64,000 nt of DNA from Candidatus Bathyarchaeota archaeon (GTDB lineage Archaea > Thermoproteota > Bathyarchaeia > 40CM-2-53-6). The position numbers and the translations under genes were made by a program. Each line of letters begins with the position of its first letter. The first letter of the stretch is position 1. Below the pieces are notes generated by a model. The model made no database searches, was not told the DNA's origin, and saw only the letters and a list, made by a program, of their open reading frames with translations. The stretch spans positions 352,001-416,000 of the forward strand of contig CAVSBL010000002.1 in the NCBI GenBank assembly GCA_963726255.1, written 5' to 3'. This document shows positions 46,212 through 56,521 of the stretch, piece by piece.

Positions 46212-47069
46212 TCATCCTTTGTCCAAGAACCCTAGTGCATAGTTAGCTTCCCGCCTGTCAATCCGAGGAATCTCTCCGAAGAACATGCGGTAACCATAAC
46301 TCATCGTTCGAAACCCATTCTTTCCGAGGAGGGCGAAGGCCGGGTGATGTTGAAAGCATGAAACTTCGACTGGTTTTCCGGTTGTCTTGGCTAGGGCTAG
46401 ACTAAGCATCTCTCTTGGCTGGCCGTTCGGCGGGTCAATGCAGATCCATGGCCCGAGCTCGAACATATCCTTGAATTTCTTGACTAGCAAGTAAGAGCCG
46501 GCATTGGGGCCGTTGGAACAGCCGAGGTACCATGCAGTCTTAGTTCGAAGCACCATTCGGATTAGTTTCGATCGGTCAGCGCCGAATGCTTTCTTGTCGC
46601 TGGCCAAGACCGAACGCAGGGGTAGCCTTTGGTAAGTGGCACTTGCACTTGCGGGGGGAGTGGAAGGGAATGGTTTCGGTTTTCGTCTCAGTCTGACGAA
46701 CGGGGCATCACTTACGAAGCCTAGCCTGCGATAGAAGGTGACGTTTTCGTTGAAGCAATAGAGAGCGATGTGTTCGGCCTTTGACCGATGCAGGTATTCT
46801 ACCGCTTTCTGGACCAAAGAGTGTCCGATGCGTTTTCCTCGGTGTTTTCTGTCCACAATTACGTTCCCAATCCAAGCAAGTTCTCTACCGTACCGCGTCG
46901 TTGTGATTAGGCCGATTCTGTGGGGGCCTTCGTTGGCAATGAAACTTCCCGCGGGATTCAGCTTCAGAATTCTGGTGAGGTCGCTACGTGTGACGCCCCA
47001 TTTTTCTTGGTCCGTCAGCCTAATGGCAAATGGAATGTCTTCGAAGCGCATCGTCCTGATTTGCAACAT
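46212..47069 (-). CDS. GNAT-family acetyltransferase (tandem domain)
   Basis: AWIGNVIV..HRGKRIG..LV, FYRRLGF, AFGADRS. Confidence 0.85.
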   Translation of the reverse strand: MLQIRTMRFEDIPFAIRLTDQEKWGVTRSDLTRILKLNPAGSFIANEGPHRIGLITTTRYGRELAWIGNVIVDRKHRGKRIGHSLVQKAVEYLHRSKAEHIALYCFNENVTFYRRLGFVSDAPFVRLRRKPKPFPSTPPASASATYQRLPLRSVLASDKKAFGADRSKLIRMVLRTKTAWYLGCSNGPNAGSYLLVKKFKDMFELGPWICIDPPNGQPREMLSLALAKTTGKPVEVSCFQHHPAFALLGKNGFRTMSYGYRMFFGEIPRIDRREANYALGFLDKG

Positions 47070-47089
47070 TGCCGGCAGCTTCGGTGGGG

Positions 47090-48406
47090 CTATGGATAGA
47101 TTCGGTTTATCAAACGTGGAAAGGCGATCGCGTCCCTGATGTGTTCTAGCTTACAAATCCAGGCGAGTGTTCTCTCGACCCCCATCCCGAAACCCGAGTG
47201 TGGGACGGTACCATAGCGCCGTAGGTCCACATACCACTTGTAGTCTTCAGCGCTCAGCCCTTCCTCTTTGATTCTTGAAAGGAGCTGTTTTAGGTCGTGG
47301 ATGCGTTGGCCCCCACCCGTGATCTCCCCGTACCCTTCGGGTGCGAGTAAGTCCGTCGAGAGTGTTACCTTGGGGTTCTTCGGGTCGGGCATGTGGTAGA
47401 ATGCTTTAACGCTTTTCGGGAAGTGGCTAACGAAGAATGGAAGGGCAAAGTGTTCGGTAAGCACTTTCTCTTCTTCGTAGGCTATGTCCGTTCCCCATTT
47501 GAAGCCGGATCTAGATTTTCCGATCAACTCAACGGCTTCGTCGTATGTTATTCTGGGAAACGGAGGTTTAACCTTCGCAAGTTCTTCAGGGTCGCGTCCG
47601 ATGGACTTTAGCTCCTCGGGCATCTTCTCTCGAATCTGTTGGCACATGTGGGTGACCAGTTCCTCTTCGAGGCGCATGAGGCCATCGAGCTCCATCCAAG
47701 GTGCTTCCACTTCAAGGTGCCAGTATTCAGTCAAGTGCCTTCTAGTTCTCGACTTCTCTGCACGGAATGATGGTGCGAGCGTGAAGATTTTTCCTACGCT
47801 AGAAATCATTGCTTCAGCGTACAGCTGCCAGCTTTGCGTTAGGTAGGCTTTCTCGTCGAAATACTTGACAGAGAAAAGTGTCGAACCACCTTCAACCGCC
47901 GCAGTTACCAGTATTGGAACTTGAACTTCTAGGTAACCGTGATCGATGAGCCATCTGCGCGCTTCATCAATAAGGCGCCCACGCACTCGCATAATCGCCT
48001 GCATCTTCTGGCTTCTCAACCATAGGTGCCTGTGGTCTAGAAGGAAATCTGGTCCATGAAGACGCCGACTCTTTTCGGCTGCAATCGGAAACCCTTCTTC
48101 CGCCGCGAAGGCCACCGTGACTTTCTCCACCTGGATCTCATAGCCACGAGGTGCACGCGGGTCTTTCTTGACTTCACCGGAAATTTCGATTGTACTCTCT
48201 ATGGGAGTGGCGCTTAACCGCTCGAATTCCGCGGCATCCACCTTATCCTTCTTCAAGGTGCACTGTATCACGCCAGTACCGTCCCGCAATTGAAGGAAGA
48301 GTATGCCGCCGCTACTTCGTATGTGGTGCAGCCACCCCTTGAACACAACATGTGCGCCGTCGAGCTTTCCTGAGAAAATATCCGTGATAGTAGGGACCTC
48401 ATCCAA
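47090..48406 (-). CDS. asnS: Asparagine--tRNA ligase
   Basis: FLQLRDGTG..Q, RHLWLR, AYLTQS.QLY, FRAEKSRTRRHLTEY, LRRYGTVPHSGFGMG.ER. Confidence 0.95.
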   Translation of the reverse strand: MDEVPTITDIFSGKLDGAHVVFKGWLHHIRSSGGILFLQLRDGTGVIQCTLKKDKVDAAEFERLSATPIESTIEISGEVKKDPRAPRGYEIQVEKVTVAFAAEEGFPIAAEKSRRLHGPDFLLDHRHLWLRSQKMQAIMRVRGRLIDEARRWLIDHGYLEVQVPILVTAAVEGGSTLFSVKYFDEKAYLTQSWQLYAEAMISSVGKIFTLAPSFRAEKSRTRRHLTEYWHLEVEAPWMELDGLMRLEEELVTHMCQQIREKMPEELKSIGRDPEELAKVKPPFPRITYDEAVELIGKSRSGFKWGTDIAYEEEKVLTEHFALPFFVSHFPKSVKAFYHMPDPKNPKVTLSTDLLAPEGYGEITGGGQRIHDLKQLLSRIKEEGLSAEDYKWYVDLRRYGTVPHSGFGMGVERTLAWICKLEHIRDAIAFPRLINRIYP

Positions 48407-48588
48407 CGCATGAACCTCCTAGAGAAATTGTCGGTACCACGGAGTCTAATGTATGTAAACTACGGGCGAAGGTTTGACTGGTTAAAGCCGTCACCCATGG
48501 GTCGGGCACCGGCGCAAATCAACGCTCCCTTCGTATTTAAATCGATTCGAGGGGGCACCTTCCAGGGACTGATATCGACGCCAATCGG

Positions 48589-50474
48589 TTAGCGTCCTGC
48601 GGTTATGAATTTCTCTAACTCAGTTTCCGAGTTATCCGCGGTTATGAATATGGGGACATTCTCCATCCCAGTCGCGATATAGCTAGAAAGCAACCATTGG
48701 CCAGGAGCAAATTCTAGTGTCTTCTCAAGAATACTCTGATCAATTGTGAACGTGCTGCTCACTAGGCTTCGGTCATAAGGCCGCGGTAGGGGACCTACGA
48801 AGTATGTGTGCAATTGTTGCAAGGCGTTCGTGTTGAGGTACGCAATTCTCTGAGTTGCGACGCATCCACCCAACCCATACTTTCTTCCTTGTCTTAGTAA
48901 TGTCTCTATGCGCTGTGTGCAAGTCGAGTCTATCCCCCTCGCCTTCTCGTAGGCCGGAATGAACTCTTGAGCCTCATCAAAGACGAAGAGAACCTGTGGA
49001 TCGACCTGAAATTCGCGCTTCCTGTGCCGCAACATGTCGGAGGTCAGCGTGATGGCCAGCTGTTTAATTACACTGGGTTCCGCGATTGAAAGACACAAAA
49101 GCCTCACGTCGCCTTCGAGAAGCTGGGCTATTCTTTCACTCCCGAAAGATTTGTCATCTTTCACTTTCTCTTCGGGTTCAATGAGTGTTGCGAGTTCAGA
49201 TCGTGTTGAAGCCCACGCGTAGAGCCCACTGTTCTTCCACACCCTGAACCTGTCAAGAATGCTTAGCGCCTCAGTTTGCAAGTATTCAAGAAACGGCTGC
49301 GTTACGGTCTGTGAACGTTCCGCATGCTTGTCCTTGACCCATTGCAACACCTTAAGCCTGATCTGGTTAATCGCGTTTAGATTTACTGCCTTCTTTACAT
49401 CGTCCATGGCCAGGAGCTTGATTTCTTCAAGTATGTCTTCATAGGCTGGTGGATGTTCGCTTCCTTCCGCAAATGGCCCACACGCCCCATCGCGAGAATC
49501 GACTTCAAAGTCGGCGTGACGTCCGCTTTTTCGAACTTTCTTGGAGTCACGATGATCTTCCTGAAATGTTCAGCGTCCGCGATGGGGACCTCGGTAATTA
49601 TCTTGCTGCTAATCGACCTATCAGAAAAGACGTCCTGAAGCAGGAAAGGATACTCCATCGAGATGTCGAAGATGACAACTTTAGTTGTCTTCGTGTGGTA
49701 CATTATCCTTCGTAGGATGTTGGAGACTAGGTTGCTCTTTCCACCACCCGTGAAAGAGAAGATCCCGAAGTGATATCTGGCCAGCCTTTCGAAGCTGACG
49801 TAGATTGGAATCCGGTCCTTCTCCTCTTGGAACATTTTGATTACGCCAATCCTTGGGTCTTTACGGGCTTCAGCAATGGTTGAGATTCTATTCTCGTTCC
49901 AAGTTAGGCCAAGTTCTTCGAGCAGTCGTCGGTTGTACATCCTGTGAATGGTGTTCTTGCTTAGGATGAATACGCGTTCACCCACAATTGGATAGGTGAA
50001 GCCTTTCAGATACTCTTGGTCAAGGCCGGACAGAATCAAATCATAGTTGAGGGGAATGGCCGCTAGTTGGATCATCATGGTTGCCTTATCGTCTGTATCC
50101 CAGTCTGAGACACTCTGTTCGATTATCTCAAATTGGTAGGGGTAGTAGCTCTGGTCGGAGAGCCCTCTTAGTCCGAAGTGCTCTGGTCCGATGCGCGAAA
50201 TTTCGAGGAGCGTGAAGCGGTTGCCGTCGTGTTTCTTTGCTTTGAAGTTGCGCACCGCCAGCAGCATACCCTCTTCGAGAAGGCCCATCAAGTCTTTCTG
50301 GTACTGTGCTTTCACACGGCATTCGTATTTTGCTGAGAAGCCTGTCGTCTCAGCCGAAAGCTCAGCTCGTCTTATGGCCAAAACTGCCGATAATCTCGCA
50401 TCGAACCGATTGTCCAGGTCTGTGAAGTGGCGATTAAGCTCTTCTTGCACTTTCGACTTCGCTCCTTCTTGCAC
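48589..50474 (-). pseudogene. herA: HerA-family ATPase split by a -1 frameshift (pseudogene or sequencing error)
   Basis: 5' ORF has HAS-like region, HFGIFSFTGGGKSN (Walker A) and IFDISMEY; 3' ORF has FVFDEAQEF (Walker B) and RQGRKYGLG...ATQR; the two frames overlap stop-free between about 49395 and 49565. Confidence 0.85.
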
Positions 50475-52290
50475 GAAAAGTGTTCATGTAGAATGAAAAC
50501 TTCCTAAGCTTTGGATGGGTTACCAGCCAGTGGCCAGTGGCTTTGACTATTTCTGCTGCGCGGTCCCTCTGCTCCTTGACGATCTTGTCAGCAATGTACA
50601 GGGGTTTGTTGTGCCCAAAGATCTCGGGGATGCTTTGTTGTGTCATCGCCTTCAGCGTTACCATGGCGAGCTCTTGGACATGATTCGCCAACAGTTTCGA
50701 GTCCCAGAGGACAGGGTGTATCTCCTCTGTGGTGCTTGCGTATTCATGCTTGAGTTTCAATGTGGGAGCGTTTTCGGTATCATGGTACAAACGGTCAATG
50801 AACAGGACGTTGCTTCTGAATTGGTCATCAGACTTGGCTTTGTCGAGTTGGATGTAGGATTTCACGAACCGTTGCTCAAGGATGATACGGTTGCTGATCG
50901 CTCCAGAAACGTAGGTCATTCTATGCTGAAAGTCAGGGACTATTGTCTGAAAGGCAGTGTCGTACTCAAGCGTAGCCCAAGGTATGGGTAACTCGTTGTG
51001 ATGAAACATGCTGATGGCCTGCAGCAGCATTCGGTCGGTCGTCGCCACATGCTTCACTCTTTGGGTCCAAATTCCCTGGTTAAGTGATACTGGAATGAGG
51101 TGGTTGATGAGATCCCTTGCTGTCGTGTCTTTCGTAATGCCGAGCAGCAGAATATGGTTTCCTTGCGATTCTTCTATCAGAAGGTTGAAAGCGAATAGGC
51201 AAAGGAACGCAAGGTCAAGCGTTGTCACCCACCGGGTTTCAGCGTCATTAGAGATCCGGAGTGGGTTTCCTGTGCTACTGGCAAAGAATCGGACGCCGAA
51301 CAGTTCGACCAGTTTTCGCAGGCGGTTCCATGTCTTGGAATATCGGGGGTTCGCGCTGTACTTTCCATCAGACTCTTGGAGGTAGCCCTCCTGAGTTGAC
51401 TTTTTGATGAAGCGGGTCAATCGGGTGATTTGATCTTTGGCATTGTAATTCAGTTCATTCGCAATCTCGGATACGCTCAGCGGTTTGTTGCTTTTCTGCA
51501 ACAGGAAGACAGTGGAATAGCGGAGGTAATCCCCTCGTGGTGGTAAGGAGTCGTCTAATTTTGGTGTGCGATATCTACTGTAGGCTAAGTCTTGCTCGTC
51601 AATTGGAACGTTATCAATCTCAAGACCGAAGATTGCGCATTGACGTTTCCACAGGGGACGCTTTGCAGTATCGTATATCAGGTTGCTCAAAGTTCCGGAG
51701 AGGGACCTGTCGAGAAGAATGATCTTGTACTCCTTTGTTTTCGCAAGCTGGTATGCGAGGTAGATTTCTGAGAATAGCATTATCCAATCTGCAATCGTCG
51801 AGTTGTCAACGGTCGACTCCTCCGTCATCGGTCCGGAAATAGTGACTTGCTGCCCCCCCTTCTGTGATGTTGATTGCGGGTCAACTTCGGGGAGTGCGTC
51901 GATGTAGATTGGGACACAGCTCGCTAGACCTTGACCCCTTTCGACGAAGCCTGTATCGTATTCCACCTCGGGCTTCTGATCCTTGTGAAAGGTGATTGAC
52001 CCTGTTGCGGCATAAGAGCCAGCCCAGAACACAGCCAGCCCTCCTAGCAATTTCTGGTCCTCCGATCCGTCCACCGCCGCGAATCGGACTTTGTCTGCGC
52101 TAAACATTTTCAGAGCAGTTTCATACGAGCGATCAAATCTGAACTCAGTAACCAGTAACTCGCGGATGAGGGGCCAATAGTTATCGCTTGCTGTTTGAAG
52201 CCGTCCCTCACTTTCTCCGACTTGGTCTTCGGCACCATCCTTGAGAATCTGTCCGAGTCTCTTGACGCTCATGCTGAGAGGGGAGGACAA
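50434..52290 (-). CDS. nurA: Large NurA-family nuclease with a winged-helix-like insertion
   Basis: FAAVDGS, IILLDRSL, LLGITKD, TDRMLL, G..KPLYIADK; insertion PLSVSEIANEL...GYLQE.DGKY; overlaps the herA start. Confidence 0.75.
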   Translation of the reverse strand: MSSPLSMSVKRLGQILKDGAEDQVGESEGRLQTASDNYWPLIRELLVTEFRFDRSYETALKMFSADKVRFAAVDGSEDQKLLGGLAVFWAGSYAATGSITFHKDQKPEVEYDTGFVERGQGLASCVPIYIDALPEVDPQSTSQKGGQQVTISGPMTEESTVDNSTIADWIMLFSEIYLAYQLAKTKEYKIILLDRSLSGTLSNLIYDTAKRPLWKRQCAIFGLEIDNVPIDEQDLAYSRYRTPKLDDSLPPRGDYLRYSTVFLLQKSNKPLSVSEIANELNYNAKDQITRLTRFIKKSTQEGYLQESDGKYSANPRYSKTWNRLRKLVELFGVRFFASSTGNPLRISNDAETRWVTTLDLAFLCLFAFNLLIEESQGNHILLLGITKDTTARDLINHLIPVSLNQGIWTQRVKHVATTDRMLLQAISMFHHNELPIPWATLEYDTAFQTIVPDFQHRMTYVSGAISNRIILEQRFVKSYIQLDKAKSDDQFRSNVLFIDRLYHDTENAPTLKLKHEYASTTEEIHPVLWDSKLLANHVQELAMVTLKAMTQQSIPEIFGHNKPLYIADKIVKEQRDRAAEIVKATGHWLVTHPKLRKFSFYMNTFRARRSEVESARRA

Positions 52291-52491
52291 TCTGAATCAA
52301 CCTAGGTTTGGTCAGTTTCACTAAAGTGGGTTATGTCTGATGCTACTCGTTGAGGAACAGGGGAGGAGAAAGTAAGTAATTGTGAGCAGCAAGGCTCACA
52401 GCAAAGACGGTGTTGCTTACAAATGAAGCCCTAGCCTATATGGGCGGCCTTTAATTCATGAAGCTACAAATAACTGGTCCGAAATGTATCG

Positions 52492-53073
52492 GTGGTTGTT
52501 TTGTCTTCGTCTGATCAACAATTAACCAAGAAACTCGCTGAAATGAAGACCTTCCTGGAGCGGCGCCTAAAGCAGCAGGAGGAGGAAGTAGGATACCTGC
52601 GCTCCTTCTTAGAAGTCGTAGATTCCCTCCTCGCAGAGAGAAGTTTCAGACCGGTTGAAATCGGCACACCAACTGAAACGACCGCGGTGAAACCAAAGGT
52701 CGTCGCTAGAACAGGGGATAGTGTTCCCATCATGACTGTTGATGGCGTGCGAATCGGGTCTATTCAGATTGAACAAGGCGCTCTACACGTAACCCCTGAG
52801 CCCAATGTTAGCTTGGATTCTGATTCGCCGCCCCTCCGGTCATTTCTGTTAGCCAAGGTTCTTGAACCTATGCAAGGGAAAGACAAGGAAGCGGCTTCCG
52901 CGGGGGTTATTCTACCGGATCGCATCCTCACTTACAACGTTGAGCAGGAAGACGGTCGACTGAAGGTCATTCATATACAGAATTACGGTGACGACCGCCG
53001 CCTCCTCGAACTGAAGAATGCGATAAGGTGGACCTTGCGAAGAATGTACGAGAAAACAGGCAGCAAGAAATGA
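52492..53073 (+). CDS. Conserved archaeal hypothetical protein (N-terminal coiled coil)
   Basis: VDSLLAERSFR, PP.RSFL..KVL..M, I.NY.D.RRL.EL...IRWT..RM.EK; resembles a TACK conserved protein. Confidence 0.8.
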   Translation: MVVLSSSDQQLTKKLAEMKTFLERRLKQQEEEVGYLRSFLEVVDSLLAERSFRPVEIGTPTETTAVKPKVVARTGDSVPIMTVDGVRIGSIQIEQGALHVTPEPNVSLDSDSPPLRSFLLAKVLEPMQGKDKEAASAGVILPDRILTYNVEQEDGRLKVIHIQNYGDDRRLLELKNAIRWTLRRMYEKTGSKK

Positions 53074-53230
53074 ACAGTCTCATGCTGTCACTTGTGTGGA
53101 GCTGTTGACGCCCTCAACGTTTCGCTTTAGTAGAAATGTGGAACTTTCTCCCTTTTAGACTTCTTCTCCAAGCCCCGTTAAATACCTAGACGGCTAATCT
53201 ACTGCTGTTGATGTGTGGAGGTGAGTTGAG

Positions 53231-53317
53231 ATGGCGAAGAAACGCAAGGTCAAGATGAAGCTTGCTGAGAGTGGTCACGTTAAATCTGAGACGGGACAAA
53301 CTGAATACGTAGCTTAA
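53231..53317 (+). CDS. 28-aa small basic protein
   Basis: MAKKRKVKMKLAESGHVKSETGQTEYVA; GGAGGTGA ribosome site 6 nt upstream, TTAAATA near 53178, T-rich tract downstream. Confidence 0.6.
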   Translation: MAKKRKVKMKLAESGHVKSETGQTEYVA

Positions 53318-53350
53318 GGCCGTCGAGCACGGCAGGCGTGCAGTCCCGTC

Positions 53351-53368
53351 TTTCTTCTTGTTTTTCTT
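53351..53368 (+). terminator. Oligo-T archaeal terminator candidate
   Basis: TTTCTTCTTGTTTTTCTT 33 nt after the small ORF, between convergent genes. Confidence 0.45.
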
Positions 53369-53383
53369 ATCTCGAAATCTGGT

Positions 53384-54931
53384 TCATGGGGCTCTGCTTC
53401 TTCTAGCTATGGCGGAGAGTGCTTCCGTGGTTTCCTTCTCAGCCTGTTTCTGGATGGCCTCAACCTTCGTTCGCACTCGTCCCCGGTAGTCCTCATCTTT
53501 TGTGCTAGCTAGGTTTATGGTGACGTTGGAGATCGCTCCCAGCGTGCTTGCGTGTGCGAGATAGATTGCGGTTTGCAGGTCGGAAAGCGCGTTCTCATTC
53601 GCAAATTCAGCTAGCTTGTTGGCGATGGAGAGTATCCTGGATGCTTGTTCAGCGGTCTTTAACGGGACGTCTGCGGCTCCTTTCAGTCGGTTTTGGATTT
53701 CCTCCGCCCTCTTACGCTTCTCCTGCTCGTTCTCCTTTGGAAGGCGGTAAGCTTGCATTAACGCTGTGAAGCTTTGCGAATCCTCATCGACTAGAAGCAG
53801 AAGACCCTTCTGTAGAGATTCGCTCTCCGCGAGCACCTCTCCGGCCATTTTCCAGTTCTTCTCTTGTTCGGGTTTCTTGAGTGTCAGGCGAGAGACCATA
53901 CTCACAAGGCTTGCCGCCAGGGACCCGACGAATGCTGATACGCTGCCGCCCCCGGGTACGGGTTTGTCTGACGCTACTTCACTACCGAAGGTTGCCAAAC
54001 TCAGATCGATTAGCCTGTTGCCTTGAGCCTCTCCTAGCCTTCTTTCAATTATCTGGCTCTTGTTGAAGCTCCGCAACCGTAGGTAGAATTCTGCAGCATC
54101 AGTCAGGGCTTCCATTGGCACGAGTCCGACGATTTCACTTTCGAGCACTCCAACGCCTTGCTGCTGTGCGAGGGCCTTCGTGAGTTCGAAGGCTTTGAAA
54201 AGTTGGCTAGCTTTGTAGTCAACCATATTCATGGAGACTTGAACGATACCCCGGTCCTTCAAGTCGAAACCTAGAGCCTTGACGGCTGATAGGCCGCCGT
54301 CCCTTCCGCGTACTTGTTTGGCTATCTTCTTAGCTACGTCAAGGTTGTTCGTCGCTAGGTTAACGTTGTAGGCTATGAGAATCTGTCTCGCCCCAATGGC
54401 TGTAGCCCCCGCGGTTGCATGAATCGCGTTTGGGCCAAAGTCCGGCTTCTTGTCTGGATTCTTTCCGATTTCATCCCTAAGCCCCTCGAACTCTCCCTTC
54501 CTTACGTCGGCTAGGTTCCGTCTATCTGGACGCGTCGCAGCTTCCTCGTAGAGGAATACTGGAACCTTGAAGCGTAATGCAAAATCGTTCGCGAACTCCT
54601 TCGCAAGCTGCACGCATTCGGCCATGGTGACATCGGAGATGGGAACGAAGGGTATGACGTCGACCGCGCCCATCCGTGGGTGTTGGCCCTGGTGCTTGTT
54701 TAAATCGATGAGCTCGATCGCCTTTGCGCTGACCGCCAGTGCGGCTTCCTCGACTGCTTCTGGTTCCCCGACAAATGTTAAGACGGATCGGTTGTGGTCT
54801 GCGTCGGATTCAATGTCGAGCACCTTCACGTTTCTTGATTTGGCTTCCCCAACAATCGAATCGATGGCCTCTTTTCTTCGGCCTTCACTGAAGTTCGGGA
54901 CACATTCAACGAGTTTCAAAATTACCAACAC
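53384..54931 (-). CDS. ftcD: Glutamate formiminotransferase / formiminotetrahydrofolate cyclodeaminase (bifunctional)
   Basis: ECVPNFSEGR, DHNRSV, HPRMGAVDV.PF, LIAYN.N, QVSMN, then PVPGGGSVSA cyclodeaminase domain. Confidence 0.96.
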   Translation of the reverse strand: MLVILKLVECVPNFSEGRRKEAIDSIVGEAKSRNVKVLDIESDADHNRSVLTFVGEPEAVEEAALAVSAKAIELIDLNKHQGQHPRMGAVDVIPFVPISDVTMAECVQLAKEFANDFALRFKVPVFLYEEAATRPDRRNLADVRKGEFEGLRDEIGKNPDKKPDFGPNAIHATAGATAIGARQILIAYNVNLATNNLDVAKKIAKQVRGRDGGLSAVKALGFDLKDRGIVQVSMNMVDYKASQLFKAFELTKALAQQQGVGVLESEIVGLVPMEALTDAAEFYLRLRSFNKSQIIERRLGEAQGNRLIDLSLATFGSEVASDKPVPGGGSVSAFVGSLAASLVSMVSRLTLKKPEQEKNWKMAGEVLAESESLQKGLLLLVDEDSQSFTALMQAYRLPKENEQEKRKRAEEIQNRLKGAADVPLKTAEQASRILSIANKLAEFANENALSDLQTAIYLAHASTLGAISNVTINLASTKDEDYRGRVRTKVEAIQKQAEKETTEALSAIARRSRAP

Positions 54932-55026
54932 GAAAGTGACCCACCGGAGCTAATTTGGTTTCGGTTGATTTCCATCAGGTCTATCGTTCTTTAAGGCGGA
55001 ACAACATTATCCATTGTCACTTCGAG

Positions 55027-55938
55027 TTGACGAATTTGCCTGGTAAAATGATGGACGGGCGCCCGGTGGCCCAACAGGTACGGTCAAAGGTCAAGGAGCA
55101 GATCAGCGTTCTAAGAAAGCAGCGAGTAGAACCTAATCTTGCGACCATTCTCGTTGGCGACAACCCCGCGTCCAAGGCGTACCTGAGGAACATACACGCC
55201 GCATGTCAGGAGGTCGGAATCAACTCTCATAGCACTGACCTCCCTGCGAGTTCCTCTCAGGAAGAGTTGGGAAAAGTCATCAGGAAACTGAACGAAGATC
55301 GGAAAGTGACAGGGGTGTTGCTTCAACTACCTCTTCCCAAAGGCCTAAACGAGCTCGCTGCCACCTCCGAGATACGTGTGGAGAAGGACGTAGACGGGTT
55401 GAACCCGCGCAACCTTGGCCTGCTGTTTCAGAAGGCACCGAGAATTGTTCCCTGCACGCCCAAAGGGGTTATGGTGATTCTGAGGTATTACGGTGTGAGA
55501 ACTGCGGGTAAACATGCGGTAATAATTAACCGAACCAAGCTGCTCGGAAGGCCACTGTCGCAGCTGCTGCTCAACGAAGACGCCACTGTAACCGTTTGCC
55601 ATTCGAAGACTGAAGGGCTTGGCGGAATTGCGAAACAGGCAGATCTTCTGTTTACGGGGATTGGCCGCCGTAAGGAATTCACAGTGGACGCGAATATGAT
55701 TAAACCGGGGGCAACTGTAGTTGACATCGGAACCACTGGCATAGACGGAAAATTGGTGGGCGATGTAGATTTTGATTCGGCCATTCGGGTTGCTTCCCTG
55801 GTTACTCCTGTACCGGGCGGGGTGGGACCTATGACAATTGCCATGCTTCTGTACAATGCATTGCTAACCGCCTGCTTGCAGAAGGATGTGCCATTAGCAT
55901 TCAACCCTGATGAGTTGGGCTCTCCTGCAGCCGTATGA
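55027..55938 (+). CDS. folD: Methylene-THF dehydrogenase/cyclohydrolase
   Basis: VGDNPAS..Y, LLQLPLP, KDVDGL, PCTPKG, TPVPGGVGPMT; start uncertain (TTG 55027 or 55036). Confidence 0.96.
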   Translation: MTNLPGKMMDGRPVAQQVRSKVKEQISVLRKQRVEPNLATILVGDNPASKAYLRNIHAACQEVGINSHSTDLPASSSQEELGKVIRKLNEDRKVTGVLLQLPLPKGLNELAATSEIRVEKDVDGLNPRNLGLLFQKAPRIVPCTPKGVMVILRYYGVRTAGKHAVIINRTKLLGRPLSQLLLNEDATVTVCHSKTEGLGGIAKQADLLFTGIGRRKEFTVDANMIKPGATVVDIGTTGIDGKLVGDVDFDSAIRVASLVTPVPGGVGPMTIAMLLYNALLTACLQKDVPLAFNPDELGSPAAV

Positions 55939-56521
55939 GAGAAAACGTCAACTACGAGCGCAGATGCTCGCCCTAAGGAATAGCCATCCTTCGTCCGAAC
56001 TAGATTCTCTAAGCTCCAAGATCGAGGCGAAGTTAATCGAACTTCCGGCCGTGAAGAATTGCAGAACGATATCGACCTATCTGCACATTGGAAGTGAAGT
56101 AAGGACCAACGGTGTTGTCCAGTGGTCGATCCTCAACGATAAGAGAGTGATTGTGCCTATTACCGACAGAACAAGCAAACGGCTAACCTTCTGCGAACTT
56201 AAGGACCCGGAACGAGAACTTGAGAAGGGAAATTACGGAATTCCAGAACCGAAACCAGAATTCCGCCGTCCAGTCCCTCTGGAAGAGGCGGATGTAGTTC
56301 TCGTTCCCGGCGTCGCATGGGACCTGCAAGGGTTCAGGATCGGTTATGGAGCCGGGTACTACGATCGAAGCATTAACTCATTGCACACGCCTGTCATTAA
56401 ACTGGGGCTAGCCTACGAATTCCAAATGCTCTCGAAAATCCCGAGATCTCCTTTCGACCGACGAGTCAACAAGATCGTGACGGAAGAGAGAATTATCGAC
56501 ACAGATCCCCGGCCTCTATGA
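55910..56521 (+). CDS. 5-formyltetrahydrofolate cyclo-ligase
   Basis: K..LR..M...R, SEV.T, YGIPEP, VPGVAWD..G.RIGYGAGYYDR, IVTE. Confidence 0.95.
   Translation: MSWALLQPYERKRQLRAQMLALRNSHPSSELDSLSSKIEAKLIELPAVKNCRTISTYLHIGSEVRTNGVVQWSILNDKRVIVPITDRTSKRLTFCELKDPERELEKGNYGIPEPKPEFRRPVPLEEADVVLVPGVAWDLQGFRIGYGAGYYDRSINSLHTPVIKLGLAYEFQMLSKIPRSPFDRRVNKIVTEERIIDTDPRPL

Noticed and set aside
47090-48406. Aspartyl-tRNA synthetase
   Set aside because: LTQS.QLY, RAEKSRTRRHLTEY and YGTVPHSGFG fit AsnRS better.
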